Virus record (IMG/VR): IMGVR_UViG_3300048629_000034
Span: 32,001-96,000 of that record
Source of the DNA: a virus
Taxonomy: Duplodnaviria > Caudoviricetes
Strand: one strand, 5' to 3'
DNA: 64,000 nt
A program made the position numbers and the translations under genes. The notes below the pieces were generated by a model that saw nothing but the letters and a program-made list of their open reading frames with translations, ran no database searches and was not told where the DNA came from. Below are positions 19,804 through 28,217 of the stretch, piece after piece (within the stretch, counting starts at the first letter, position 1; every line of letters begins with the position of its first letter).

Positions 19804-19838
19804 AATACAGTTCCTGTATTTTTTCTATCTATTGGATA
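19804..19838 (+). promoter_or_regulatory. Hairpin promoter candidate P1
   Basis: AATACAG-TTC-CTGTATT then TTTTCTATCTATTGGATA. Confidence 0.65.
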
Positions 19839-19908
19839 AATCCGTTATCCGTTTTAACTGTATCATATAGATACAATCACAACCCATATTACTGTAGGAG
19901 GTATATTT

Positions 19909-20241
19909 ATGGAAAATCTAACTTTATTAATCGTTGTAGCCTTAGTTGGTCTTTATATTGTAAACAGACTTGATTTGTTTGACAATGGTGAAAAGTATGC
20001 GAAAGCTACTTTAAGAAAAGCAGTTATCAAACAAGAAGCTTCTCTTAAGAAGACTGAGGTTTCTGTTGGTAGAAAGAATGCCGAGCTGGCCGAATCTTTA
20101 GTTGACAATCCAATATTGTCAACTAAAGCACTTGGTTCTGTGGTCAATCAAGCTAGTAATATATATTCACAACAAATTGTTGCTGATATACAATCTAGAT
20201 TGAAATCAACTACAACTGGTAGTAACACACCACCAATGTAG
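19909..20241 (+). CDS. Early membrane-anchored coiled-coil protein
   Basis: N-terminal TM helix; AGGAGG RBS; ends NTPPM. Confidence 0.7.
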   Translation: MENLTLLIVVALVGLYIVNRLDLFDNGEKYAKATLRKAVIKQEASLKKTEVSVGRKNAELAESLVDNPILSTKALGSVVNQASNIYSQQIVADIQSRLKSTTTGSNTPPM

Positions 20242-20259
20242 TTGTAGTTGCTGGGGCTT

Positions 20260-20294
20260 AATTGCCTTCAGCAATTTCTTTTATCTATTGGATA
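20260..20294 (+). promoter_or_regulatory. Hairpin promoter candidate P2 (overlaps a terminator-like stem)
   Basis: AATTGCC-TTC-AGCAATT then TCTTTTATCTATTGGATA; same spacing as P1. Confidence 0.55.
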
Positions 20295-20367
20295 CTATAT
20301 ATTGTATCCGTCGTCTATCTATTGCTCTTCTGAGTTAATCTAATTTATATCTTGAAAGGATATTATA

Positions 20368-20796
20368 ATGGCAAAAAATAAAACTGAATCTAAAAATGTG
20401 TTTGTAAACTTAGACAATGGGATTTCTCTGAACGGTCTAAAGACTGAACTGTCTGAAGATAAGTTATTCGAATGGGCTGAAGCATCAGTTGGAATGATGT
20501 TCAAACTTCATTTCAAATCTAAATCTGATGGGTATACAGAGTACCCTGGGATTTCTGATATTGAAGCATCACTAGATGCTCTAAACCAATTTAAAGATGC
20601 TGCTGGCAACAGCAAATTCTTCACCAAATGTCAATCGTCACCTGACATTTGGGCAGCAATTGATGTTGCTGCTGTAAAACAATTAACATTCAATAAGTCT
20701 GGAGTATGGATTACTCTTGGTAGTCCACATATCATCCCAACTGAGGATGAAATCGAGGCTAGCAAAGCAGCTGTAGCTGCCTACCTAGCTGATTAA
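20368..20796 (+). CDS. Early hypothetical protein
   Basis: 142 aa, AAGGA RBS, followed by a terminator. Confidence 0.7.
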   Translation: MAKNKTESKNVFVNLDNGISLNGLKTELSEDKLFEWAEASVGMMFKLHFKSKSDGYTEYPGISDIEASLDALNQFKDAAGNSKFFTKCQSSPDIWAAIDVAAVKQLTFNKSGVWITLGSPHIIPTEDEIEASKAAVAAYLAD

Positions 20797-20800
20797 GTTA

Positions 20801-20826
20801 TCCGAGCTTCGGCTTGGGTTTCTTAT
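20801..20826 (+). terminator. Intrinsic terminator
   Basis: TCCGAGC-TTCG-GCTTGGG followed by a T-rich tract. Confidence 0.75.
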
Positions 20827-20841
20827 TCTTCTTTTTTTTAC

Positions 20842-20957
20842 CTTCTCCATATACATCATTTCACTATCAATCTCATACATCTCAAATCATTACCTTCTCC
20901 ATACACAGTCTTCTATCAATCTAACTTCTACTAATCTATTCTAACTTCTCCATATAC
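20842..20957. repeat. Three CTTCTCCATA[T/C]AC units at 51-52 nt spacing (fourth copy at 19786-19798)
   Basis: Copies start at 20842, 20894 and 20945. Confidence 0.7.
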
Positions 20958-21016
20958 TTCAGGGCAGGGGATAGTGTCAAGAGGAAGTACCGTATTACAG
21001 ATAGTGCAGACCTCTT

Positions 21017-21051
21017 AATTCTCTTCGAGAATTTTTTCTATCTATTGGTAA
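21017..21051 (+). promoter_or_regulatory. Hairpin promoter candidate P3
   Basis: AATTCTC-TTC-GAGAATT then TTTTCTATCTATTGGTAA. Confidence 0.65.
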
Positions 21052-21111
21052 CTCTATATATGATAGAACCAACAACAACCAGCATTATTATACATTATAA
21101 AAGGAAACATT

Positions 21112-21204
21112 ATGGAATACATACAATTTATATTCGGATGGATATTATTTCTATCTATCGTATTAGGCATACCATTATATATGGCATACCAAGATAGGGG
21201 TTAA
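21112..21204 (+). CDS. 30-aa transmembrane peptide
   Basis: MEYIQFIFGWILFLSIVLGIPLYMAYQDRG with AAGGA RBS, downstream of P3; below the ORF-track cutoff. Confidence 0.55.
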   Translation: MEYIQFIFGWILFLSIVLGIPLYMAYQDRG

Positions 21205-21350
21205 TTATTTGTGTCAACCGACTCATCATCGAGACATATTCTATGAAACAGACACAAATGCAGTAACGATAGGGCTTATAAAGCTTTATGGCTCAAATAT
21301 GTGTGTCAGCGACACAATTGCAAAAGCTGACTCATTTGTGTCAACCAGAA

Positions 21351-22127
21351 CTAACATTCTGGCTCCTCATCATCATTTACTTCATATAATAAGTCTTTTA
21401 GAACTGTCGATATATGTGATTTAGATATTTTCAATAGTTTCATATTCGTAACTGCAAGTCTTGTTATCTCATAAGCTTGAGCTAACATTGGATCTCCAGG
21501 TTCTTCCTCTTGCTGATCATCATTGCTCTCCTTAGCCAGCTTCTCGAGATATTCTATATCTTTACGAATTACAGATAGTACATCAGTTAATCTTCCAGAC
21601 ATAGTCTCATACATTCCACCTTTAAATAACAGATCCAATACAGTTGGTCTAGTTTTATTAATGTATGAACAATGCACAAGTAACTTCTTACTAACAGAAT
21701 GTTTCTGAGCAGCCATCATTTGATTTATACCTTTGGCTTTATGTTCTCGGAATGCAGTAATAGCTAATATAGTCTTAGTACTATGGACTCTGGTTCTAGT
21801 CTGACCTATCATTACTTCAAGATCTTCAATCTTAGTATTAGATGGAATTTCAACAGCATATATATCTTCGATACCTGCTTTGATACAACCATCAAGTCTA
21901 TTACGACCATCAACAACAGAAGTTTTACCTCGTTTCTTCCATAACCATATTGGTTCTAATTGACCATCTATCTTAAGTGATTGACCAATAGATTGTCTTT
22001 CATCTTCAGATCCATATGGTTGAGTCCAAGTAACTTTGTGGTAATTCTTGATATCCTGTTGATAATGGTCAGCTACTTTTACAAGCTGCCAAGTTTCAGT
22101 ATTCTTTGCTAATCTAGCTTTTGTCAT
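21351..22127 (-). CDS. ParB/Srx-domain plus HTH protein (inverted relative to neighbours)
   Basis: SLKIDGQLEPI...VVDGRNRL; start moved to MTKARL (AAGGAG RBS). Confidence 0.75.
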   Translation of the reverse strand: MTKARLAKNTETWQLVKVADHYQQDIKNYHKVTWTQPYGSEDERQSIGQSLKIDGQLEPIWLWKKRGKTSVVDGRNRLDGCIKAGIEDIYAVEIPSNTKIEDLEVMIGQTRTRVHSTKTILAITAFREHKAKGINQMMAAQKHSVSKKLLVHCSYINKTRPTVLDLLFKGGMYETMSGRLTDVLSVIRKDIEYLEKLAKESNDDQQEEEPGDPMLAQAYEITRLAVTNMKLLKISKSHISTVLKDLLYEVNDDEEPEC

Positions 22128-22171
22128 ATTGACTCCTTTATTTATAAGGAAAGTATACAGCAATTATACTT

Positions 22172-22450
22172 AAAAGTAACTGAATAAGTAACCGAAAGCT
22201 ATAGCAAATATATATTATAGCTTTTATTTCTTGTAAACTACCACAGTTAACATCTTTATAGCTAATAAATATAACAAAAAGAGGGTAAAAGTAACTGTAT
22301 TTGCACAATTATATTCCAGTTACTTTTTATACAATTACAGAGGTACGCAGTTCCACTTGTAATACTATAGGGCACTGACTTTTTGGTAAGAACATGTTAA
22401 CTGTGGTGGCTAGAGTACCGAAAGCTATAGCATGTTCCAATTATAGCTTT
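22172..22450. promoter_or_regulatory. Palindrome-rich control region upstream of the ParB-like gene
   Basis: Two AAAGCTATA-N12-TATAGCTTT palindromes; a 14-bp inverted pair ACCACAGTTAACAT; AAAAGTAACTG direct and inverted copies. Confidence 0.6.
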
Positions 22451-22697
22451 TGCAGGAATATAAATAGTATTATTTTATATTGCATGGAGTCAATAGTGTG
22501 CTCATCCGCTAACGCTACGAGCACATTCTCCATCACAAATAGGAGAGAAGGAAAATACATAAAACTAGCATAATTTCTTTCCTTCTAAAAAGGACAACCT
22601 CCACAGAGCCCATCTGATGGGGCCTACACGACTATCCACGACCAACTTTGCCACAACAACCTGGCCTATACAGACTCTATATAAAAGGAAGCACAAA

Positions 22698-22910
22698 ATG
22701 CACAACCAAACTCAATACCAATCAAACCCACTACAGGACTCATTAGACATCCAATTCAGCGAGATTAACCTAATCAACAGTACATCATATGCAGCGGAGC
22801 TAAACACCAGTAAACTCAAGCTATCGAACAAATACGAACAGCGCATAACTAAGTCAAAGCTATGGCATAATCCTTCAATGGCTGAGCTCATATCTGCGAT
22901 CAAATCATAA
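22698..22910 (+). CDS. Hypothetical protein
   Basis: Start moved to MHNQTQ (AAGGA RBS). Confidence 0.45.
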   Translation: MHNQTQYQSNPLQDSLDIQFSEINLINSTSYAAELNTSKLKLSNKYEQRITKSKLWHNPSMAELISAIKS

Positions 22911-23054
22911 CCATCTAACCCACAACAGAACCTCTTCCGTTACAGGGTTGGGCTAGCGTCAGCGGTGCCCAACATATCTATTAGAACCAAATAGTCAGAA
23001 CATGTAATAAATTAAATTATAAAAAAAGAAATAGATAACAAACAGCTTCTTTTT

Positions 23055-23089
23055 ACTACGCTTCGCTTCGTTTTTCTATCTATTGGATA
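23055..23089 (+). promoter_or_regulatory. Hairpin promoter candidate P4 (imperfect stem)
   Basis: ACTACGC-TTC-GCTTCGT then TTTTCTATCTATTGGATA; same spacing as P1-P3. Confidence 0.55.
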
Positions 23090-23260
23090 TCTTTGCCACT
23101 CCTACATTAGGCAATTATATCTAGATAACGGAAATTATCCATAACATAACAATAGTAGTTATGGAATATATTTATCGAACCAATGACGACTCCTACAATA
23201 GTTGTTGGTTCTATTAAGTATATATCGCATTATATACAAATCAAATACAAAGGAAACATT

Positions 23261-23551
23261 ATGTTAGAAATAGGAATAGCAATAGCTGCAGGTATATATA
23301 TCTGGATGAATCGTGAGAGAGTTAAAACTTACTCATCAACTCAAGAGGAAGCGTCTAAAGTGGCAGCAAAGAAAGCTGAAGTAGATATGCAAGAAGATCT
23401 AGCTGAGCTTGAAGAAGAAGTACTGGAGACAATCCAAAATAATAACGGTAAGTGGCATTCAGTTAAATCAATTGACAAACTAATTAGAGAAGCTAAGAAG
23501 AAAACACTAGCTGACCTGCAACAAGTACCAACAAATACACCACCAGTGTAA
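23261..23551 (+). CDS. Early membrane-anchored coiled-coil protein
   Basis: Start moved to MLEIGIAIAAG (AAGGA RBS); ends NTPPV. Confidence 0.7.
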   Translation: MLEIGIAIAAGIYIWMNRERVKTYSSTQEEASKVAAKKAEVDMQEDLAELEEEVLETIQNNNGKWHSVKSIDKLIREAKKKTLADLQQVPTNTPPV

Positions 23552-23666
23552 ATTCATAGAACCAATTATCAGTATTGGTTCTGTTGAGTTTATTATATAT
23601 CGCATAGTAAACCAAATCGTTTTATGTATCACAGATAGTGAGAACCAATCATCCAAAGGAAACAAA

Positions 23667-24332
23667 ATGAGTAAATTAACTAAAGAACAACTAATCGCAC
23701 AAATCGCAGAAGCAGCTAAAACTAGAGCAATCGAAGCATCAGATAGAATTGAAGAGATCAAACTAACTAATGAATTAACATATATCCAGTCAGATAAATA
23801 TCTAGATGATCAAGTTAAGTTAGCCGATGATAAAATTCTGCTGGCTATAACTAAGCCATTGAATGCAATCAGTGATCTATCTTTCACTAGATATAAAGAG
23901 TTTATGTTTGGTTCACAACTTAATGAATTACTTGGAGCTATCAGAACTGTACAATTCCAGAAGAAAGAGGGCCATGTTCCACTAAATGAAGCTATCCTAA
24001 CTTCTCCAGAGCTAGAGCAATTCATTAATATAATCGACCTGCATGGATCTGAATTACCTGAAGCTATGGGCAGACAGACTTACTTTGATAAGTTAACTGG
24101 AACTATTGTGTCTGGTACTATTGGTGATGCTGAGCAAGCAAGAGATATCTTATCTACAATATGTAGAGAACTTGGATTGTGTAATGTATCACTAAGCAAA
24201 GTGTCGCATGCGCACTTTACATTATTAGAGGACAAAGCTGTAATAAGAGCAAATCAAATGCTGGAAGACAACCAATTATTATCTGGTGAAGCAGTATCAG
24301 CTTCTGAAGACATAGTATACCAAACAGCATAG
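23667..24332 (+). CDS. Hypothetical helical protein upstream of the RNA polymerase
   Basis: 221 aa, AAGGA RBS, terminator-like stem at about 24340-24372. Confidence 0.7.
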   Translation: MSKLTKEQLIAQIAEAAKTRAIEASDRIEEIKLTNELTYIQSDKYLDDQVKLADDKILLAITKPLNAISDLSFTRYKEFMFGSQLNELLGAIRTVQFQKKEGHVPLNEAILTSPELEQFINIIDLHGSELPEAMGRQTYFDKLTGTIVSGTIGDAEQARDILSTICRELGLCNVSLSKVSHAHFTLLEDKAVIRANQMLEDNQLLSGEAVSASEDIVYQTA

Positions 24333-24407
24333 GCTCAAGTTAGTGGGGAGTGATCCCTGCTAAACATTTTTTAACACTATAATTAACTATAATTGAAAGG
24401 ATAGTAA

Positions 24408-26309
24408 ATGAGTAATAACAACACAATGACAATAAGAGAAAGACTAGCAGAGAGAGTAAGTTTTAGAACACAACTGCAAGAGCATGGAAAGCTTCTATTG
24501 CCTTTAGAGATAACGGATAGACTAACATTCGAACCAAGTGACAGGCTATTACTTATGTGGCAGGCAATCTGGAATAACTACCTAAGGAATCACAGTAGTA
24601 CACCTACTCCATATTGGTATGATGAAGTAAACAGTCCAGCAGAATTTAATCAATTTACTAAAGCATGTTGTGATGCTGGTTGGATCAAATCTATAGTGGT
24701 ACCAACTAGACACTGGGCTGAACTTGAATTAGTTGAGTCTAAGCTTCATGAATATATCGAACCAGCTATGATACTTCATATGAGAGGACACAAGAAATTC
24801 GTTAAATATGTAATGACTGAAACTAAAGCCGAATCTAATATCTTCGGAGACACTCCAAGTGAAACAATAACTAAAGCATCTCGTACTAGAGTTAATGGTA
24901 AAGTATCTGATACAGGTATCACTAGAACTGGATTTGCTAAGGCAGGTAAATCTAAATTCAAATTCGATACAGCTAAACTAGTTGAATATTATGATGCAAT
25001 CATTGCTAATACTACTAAAGGTATCGCTAAAGCAGTGGCGAAGCATAACATCAAGCTAGATGGTGCAGATTATCAATCAATCAGTACTGATATAGTAGAC
25101 TACTATATACATTCTGATGGAGTATATCAACTGGGTGCTAATATAAATGATTCCCGTGGAAGAGCAATCAGTTCTGCATTAACTAGAGTATTTAATCCAA
25201 TCGGCTTCAAGGACGCTAGAGCATTACTATTATTAGAACCAAAGCTAATAACTGATCGACCTGAGTACCTACATGCAATATATCTATTTATAGCTGAACT
25301 AAATGGTATCAAGCGATGTGAATCAGAACAAGAGAAGGCAAATCTAGGTAAGAAATTCTATATCAACAGAGAATTACCTGAGTTAGATCTAACTGATGAG
25401 GAGGACCTAAAAGATCTACATGAACTTATTTGGTTGGAACGACTGTATGACGAACTGGACGAGCTTAAATCACTATCTAAAGATGCTGCTTGGAGAACTT
25501 GTGTACCTTTAGAAAATGACGCCGGAGCTTCACTTCTACAGTTCGATGCAGTATTACTTAATCACAAACCATACATGGAAAGAACCAACTTATTAGTTGA
25601 AACTGGTATAACTGATCCTTGGTATATCGATGGACTAACTAGACCTCAAGTGAAATTTACTTGTACACCGTATTTGTATGGCTCTAGTCAGACTCCAGAA
25701 AAACTATGGTCAAAGAATAAAGTGCCGTTTATTAAACGTGATGTAGCACTTATGTCGCATCATCTTAGAAACGGTGACTATGCAGTAGCAAACTTATTTA
25801 AGAACTTCATAATCGATAATGTACAACCTACAGAGTCAATGAAAATCAAAATATGGAATGAAGAATTTACTATTGAATGTAACAGATTCAAGAATGTAGG
25901 TGATTATACTAAGATATACAAACTGTATAATTCAACTACGGGTACAATTGAACGAATAGCTCATACACATACACATAAAGTACCTGATTTGGTTCAATTC
26001 AGAAGATACTTCAAAACACTTCTAACTCATAATCTTGATTCACAAGTAGCTAACAATGTATGTAAGCAATTGGACTGGTCGCTATCTATCCATGATGCAT
26101 TTGTAACTTATGCTACAGATGCGAAGTTGACTAGACAATTATATGCAGAGCAGATTGAGGCAGTATATGCAGACAGACAACAAATCTTAAATGATTTCTT
26201 CAAGTCTATCAATCTTCATCCAAGAGCTATGAAACAATGGAAACAGTTACAAGAGCAAATCATACCGCTAGAAGGTGATTTCAAATGTAATGATATGGCC
26301 CTAAAGTAA
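24408..26309 (+). CDS. Single-subunit T7/N4-type DNA-dependent RNA polymerase (633 aa)
   Basis: DSRGR, motif A ENDAGASLLQ, motif B RPQVKFTCTPYLYGS, HNLDS, motif C SIHDAF. Confidence 0.88.
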   Translation: MSNNNTMTIRERLAERVSFRTQLQEHGKLLLPLEITDRLTFEPSDRLLLMWQAIWNNYLRNHSSTPTPYWYDEVNSPAEFNQFTKACCDAGWIKSIVVPTRHWAELELVESKLHEYIEPAMILHMRGHKKFVKYVMTETKAESNIFGDTPSETITKASRTRVNGKVSDTGITRTGFAKAGKSKFKFDTAKLVEYYDAIIANTTKGIAKAVAKHNIKLDGADYQSISTDIVDYYIHSDGVYQLGANINDSRGRAISSALTRVFNPIGFKDARALLLLEPKLITDRPEYLHAIYLFIAELNGIKRCESEQEKANLGKKFYINRELPELDLTDEEDLKDLHELIWLERLYDELDELKSLSKDAAWRTCVPLENDAGASLLQFDAVLLNHKPYMERTNLLVETGITDPWYIDGLTRPQVKFTCTPYLYGSSQTPEKLWSKNKVPFIKRDVALMSHHLRNGDYAVANLFKNFIIDNVQPTESMKIKIWNEEFTIECNRFKNVGDYTKIYKLYNSTTGTIERIAHTHTHKVPDLVQFRRYFKTLLTHNLDSQVANNVCKQLDWSLSIHDAFVTYATDAKLTRQLYAEQIEAVYADRQQILNDFFKSINLHPRAMKQWKQLQEQIIPLEGDFKCNDMALK

Positions 26310-26325
26310 TCTCATTAACTATCTA

Positions 26326-26365
26326 ATTATATCTATACCGAAAGGTGTAGGTATAATTTTTTTTT
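26326..26365 (+). terminator. Intrinsic terminator after the RNA polymerase gene
   Basis: ATTATATCTATACC-GAAA-GGTGTAGGTATAAT followed by a T run. Confidence 0.75.
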
Positions 26366-26756
26366 ACAATGAAAGAAAATGGATAGAATATTATAGGTAT
26401 AATCTTATGATATCTATTTTTTTACGAAAGATAGAAAGGAAAATTATGAACCAATTTATATTAGTTTTGCTATTAATTATTTTTTTGGGATATATTTTAT
26501 ATATATTCATACCTGTACTAGTAATTGGATACATTATCTACCGAGTATATAAATACAACACACAATGCACTAAGGAATAACACATGACAATGCTTAACCC
26601 AAACTTTAGACTATTAGTAAACACTATCGGATTAATTATCGTATTTTATATTATGACAATTATATCTGAATATTTTTTTTATTTATTAATCGGGATAGCC
26701 GCTTATTGGTTCTACAATAATGCAAACACACCATCAGACCAGAGTAAGCTGTAATC

Positions 26757-27206
26757 ATGGGACTAATAGCAGCAATAGTAATATTAGTAGCATTATTTGA
26801 ATATTTCAGTAACCATACAGACAATCAATACGATGACTACAAATTTACAGCAAGTAAAACTAAATGGTTCAATGAATTAGAAGACAAGAAAGACGAGTAT
26901 AATGATAAATTATATAATTCAACTAATAGTTCTACTCTCATGTACATATCAAAAGAAGACAAACGGGAGTATATGAAATCAAAAAGATGGAAGACACTTA
27001 AGCTACTAAAATATTATGAAGTAAAAGAAAGATGCGAAATGTGTAACACTAAAGCAGAACCAAATGATCTCGAACTTCATCACAATACTTATGTATCATT
27101 AACAAATGAGCCTCTATCTCATCTTAATTTGCTCTGCAGATCATGTCACCAAAGCATACATGATAAATACGGATATGATAGATCAACTCTATATCCAATC
27201 AATTAA
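26757..27206 (+). CDS. HNH endonuclease with N-terminal TM helix
   Basis: EYMKSKRWK, CEMC, LELHHNTY, LCRSCHQSIH. Confidence 0.75.
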   Translation: MGLIAAIVILVALFEYFSNHTDNQYDDYKFTASKTKWFNELEDKKDEYNDKLYNSTNSSTLMYISKEDKREYMKSKRWKTLKLLKYYEVKERCEMCNTKAEPNDLELHHNTYVSLTNEPLSHLNLLCRSCHQSIHDKYGYDRSTLYPIN

Positions 27207-27377
27207 AAACAAACAAATAAACATAACGTAAATACAATAATCCACATATACAGAAACTATCCTTTCAAGATAATTTCCAAAAAATCCTTACAAATTTTTA
27301 ACAAAATAAACAACAAACTCTGTATGTGTGGATCATTGTGTTTACAAACACTTATATTAATAACAAAGGAACCAACT

Positions 27378-27662
27378 ATGGTAAATAGTAAGACAGAAAA
27401 CAAAATAGTAAAACTAGACGGTTGTGTATTAGGGCACCTTCAATCAAAAACACCACTTGATCTATATTATGAAACAATGATATGGGACATAGAAGACGAC
27501 TTCTTAATGCATTTTGCTCTTATGGGGTTTACCAGCGAAGACCTAATAGAAGTAAATAGAATAGCTAAAGAATCAACTAAAGATGAAGCTATATCAAATA
27601 TAATGCAAATGGCAGATAGATGCAACTGTATGGGTCAAGCATATAAATTTCTTTGCCTATAA
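27378..27662 (+). CDS. Hypothetical protein
   Basis: Start moved to MVNSK (AAGGA RBS). Confidence 0.55.
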   Translation: MVNSKTENKIVKLDGCVLGHLQSKTPLDLYYETMIWDIEDDFLMHFALMGFTSEDLIEVNRIAKESTKDEAISNIMQMADRCNCMGQAYKFLCL

Positions 27663-27686
27663 TTTTATAACAAAAGGAACCAAACT

Positions 27687-28217
27687 ATGAAACACATATT
27701 ATCAATCTTACTACTAACTGTATCTTTATACGCAGTAACAGAGAAACAAGCACTTCAAGAATGGAGAAACTTTTCTCCTGATCAAATGAGAATTATGGTT
27801 AAAACTTGGAACTACGGTAAGGAACATAACCTACCGTGGAGTTTGACAGCCATTGCTTGGAAAGAGAGTAAATTTGGTTTGGTATGTGTTCCATTAAAAC
27901 CGAATAAATCATCGGATTATGGCATAACTCAGATAAACTTAAATGAGTATTTTAGAAAAAATAAAATTCCAAACACAAGATGGAATAGATCAAAATATGC
28001 GACAATGTTTATTCGAGATGATGAAAAAGCACTTGAAGAAGCTGTTAATATACTAGAATACTATAACAGTATTCGACCAAAAGGATATGGTTGGAGATGG
28101 GTCTGGGCCCGATACAATCAAGGTCACAACGTTGATTATGTTGGAAAAAAATATGCTCGTGATATCGCAACATATATCAGAGTAATGAAGAAAATTACAA
28201 AAGGAGAATATAAATGA
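27687..28217 (+). CDS. Secreted lytic transglycosylase (SLT-like)
   Basis: Signal peptide; AIAWKES, DYGITQIN, ARYNQG motifs. Confidence 0.8.
   Translation: MKHILSILLLTVSLYAVTEKQALQEWRNFSPDQMRIMVKTWNYGKEHNLPWSLTAIAWKESKFGLVCVPLKPNKSSDYGITQINLNEYFRKNKIPNTRWNRSKYATMFIRDDEKALEEAVNILEYYNSIRPKGYGWRWVWARYNQGHNVDYVGKKYARDIATYIRVMKKITKGEYK

Noticed and set aside
20368-20796. Assignment as N4 gp2
   Set aside because: Position and size fit but similarity is limited to a few residues; left as hypothetical.
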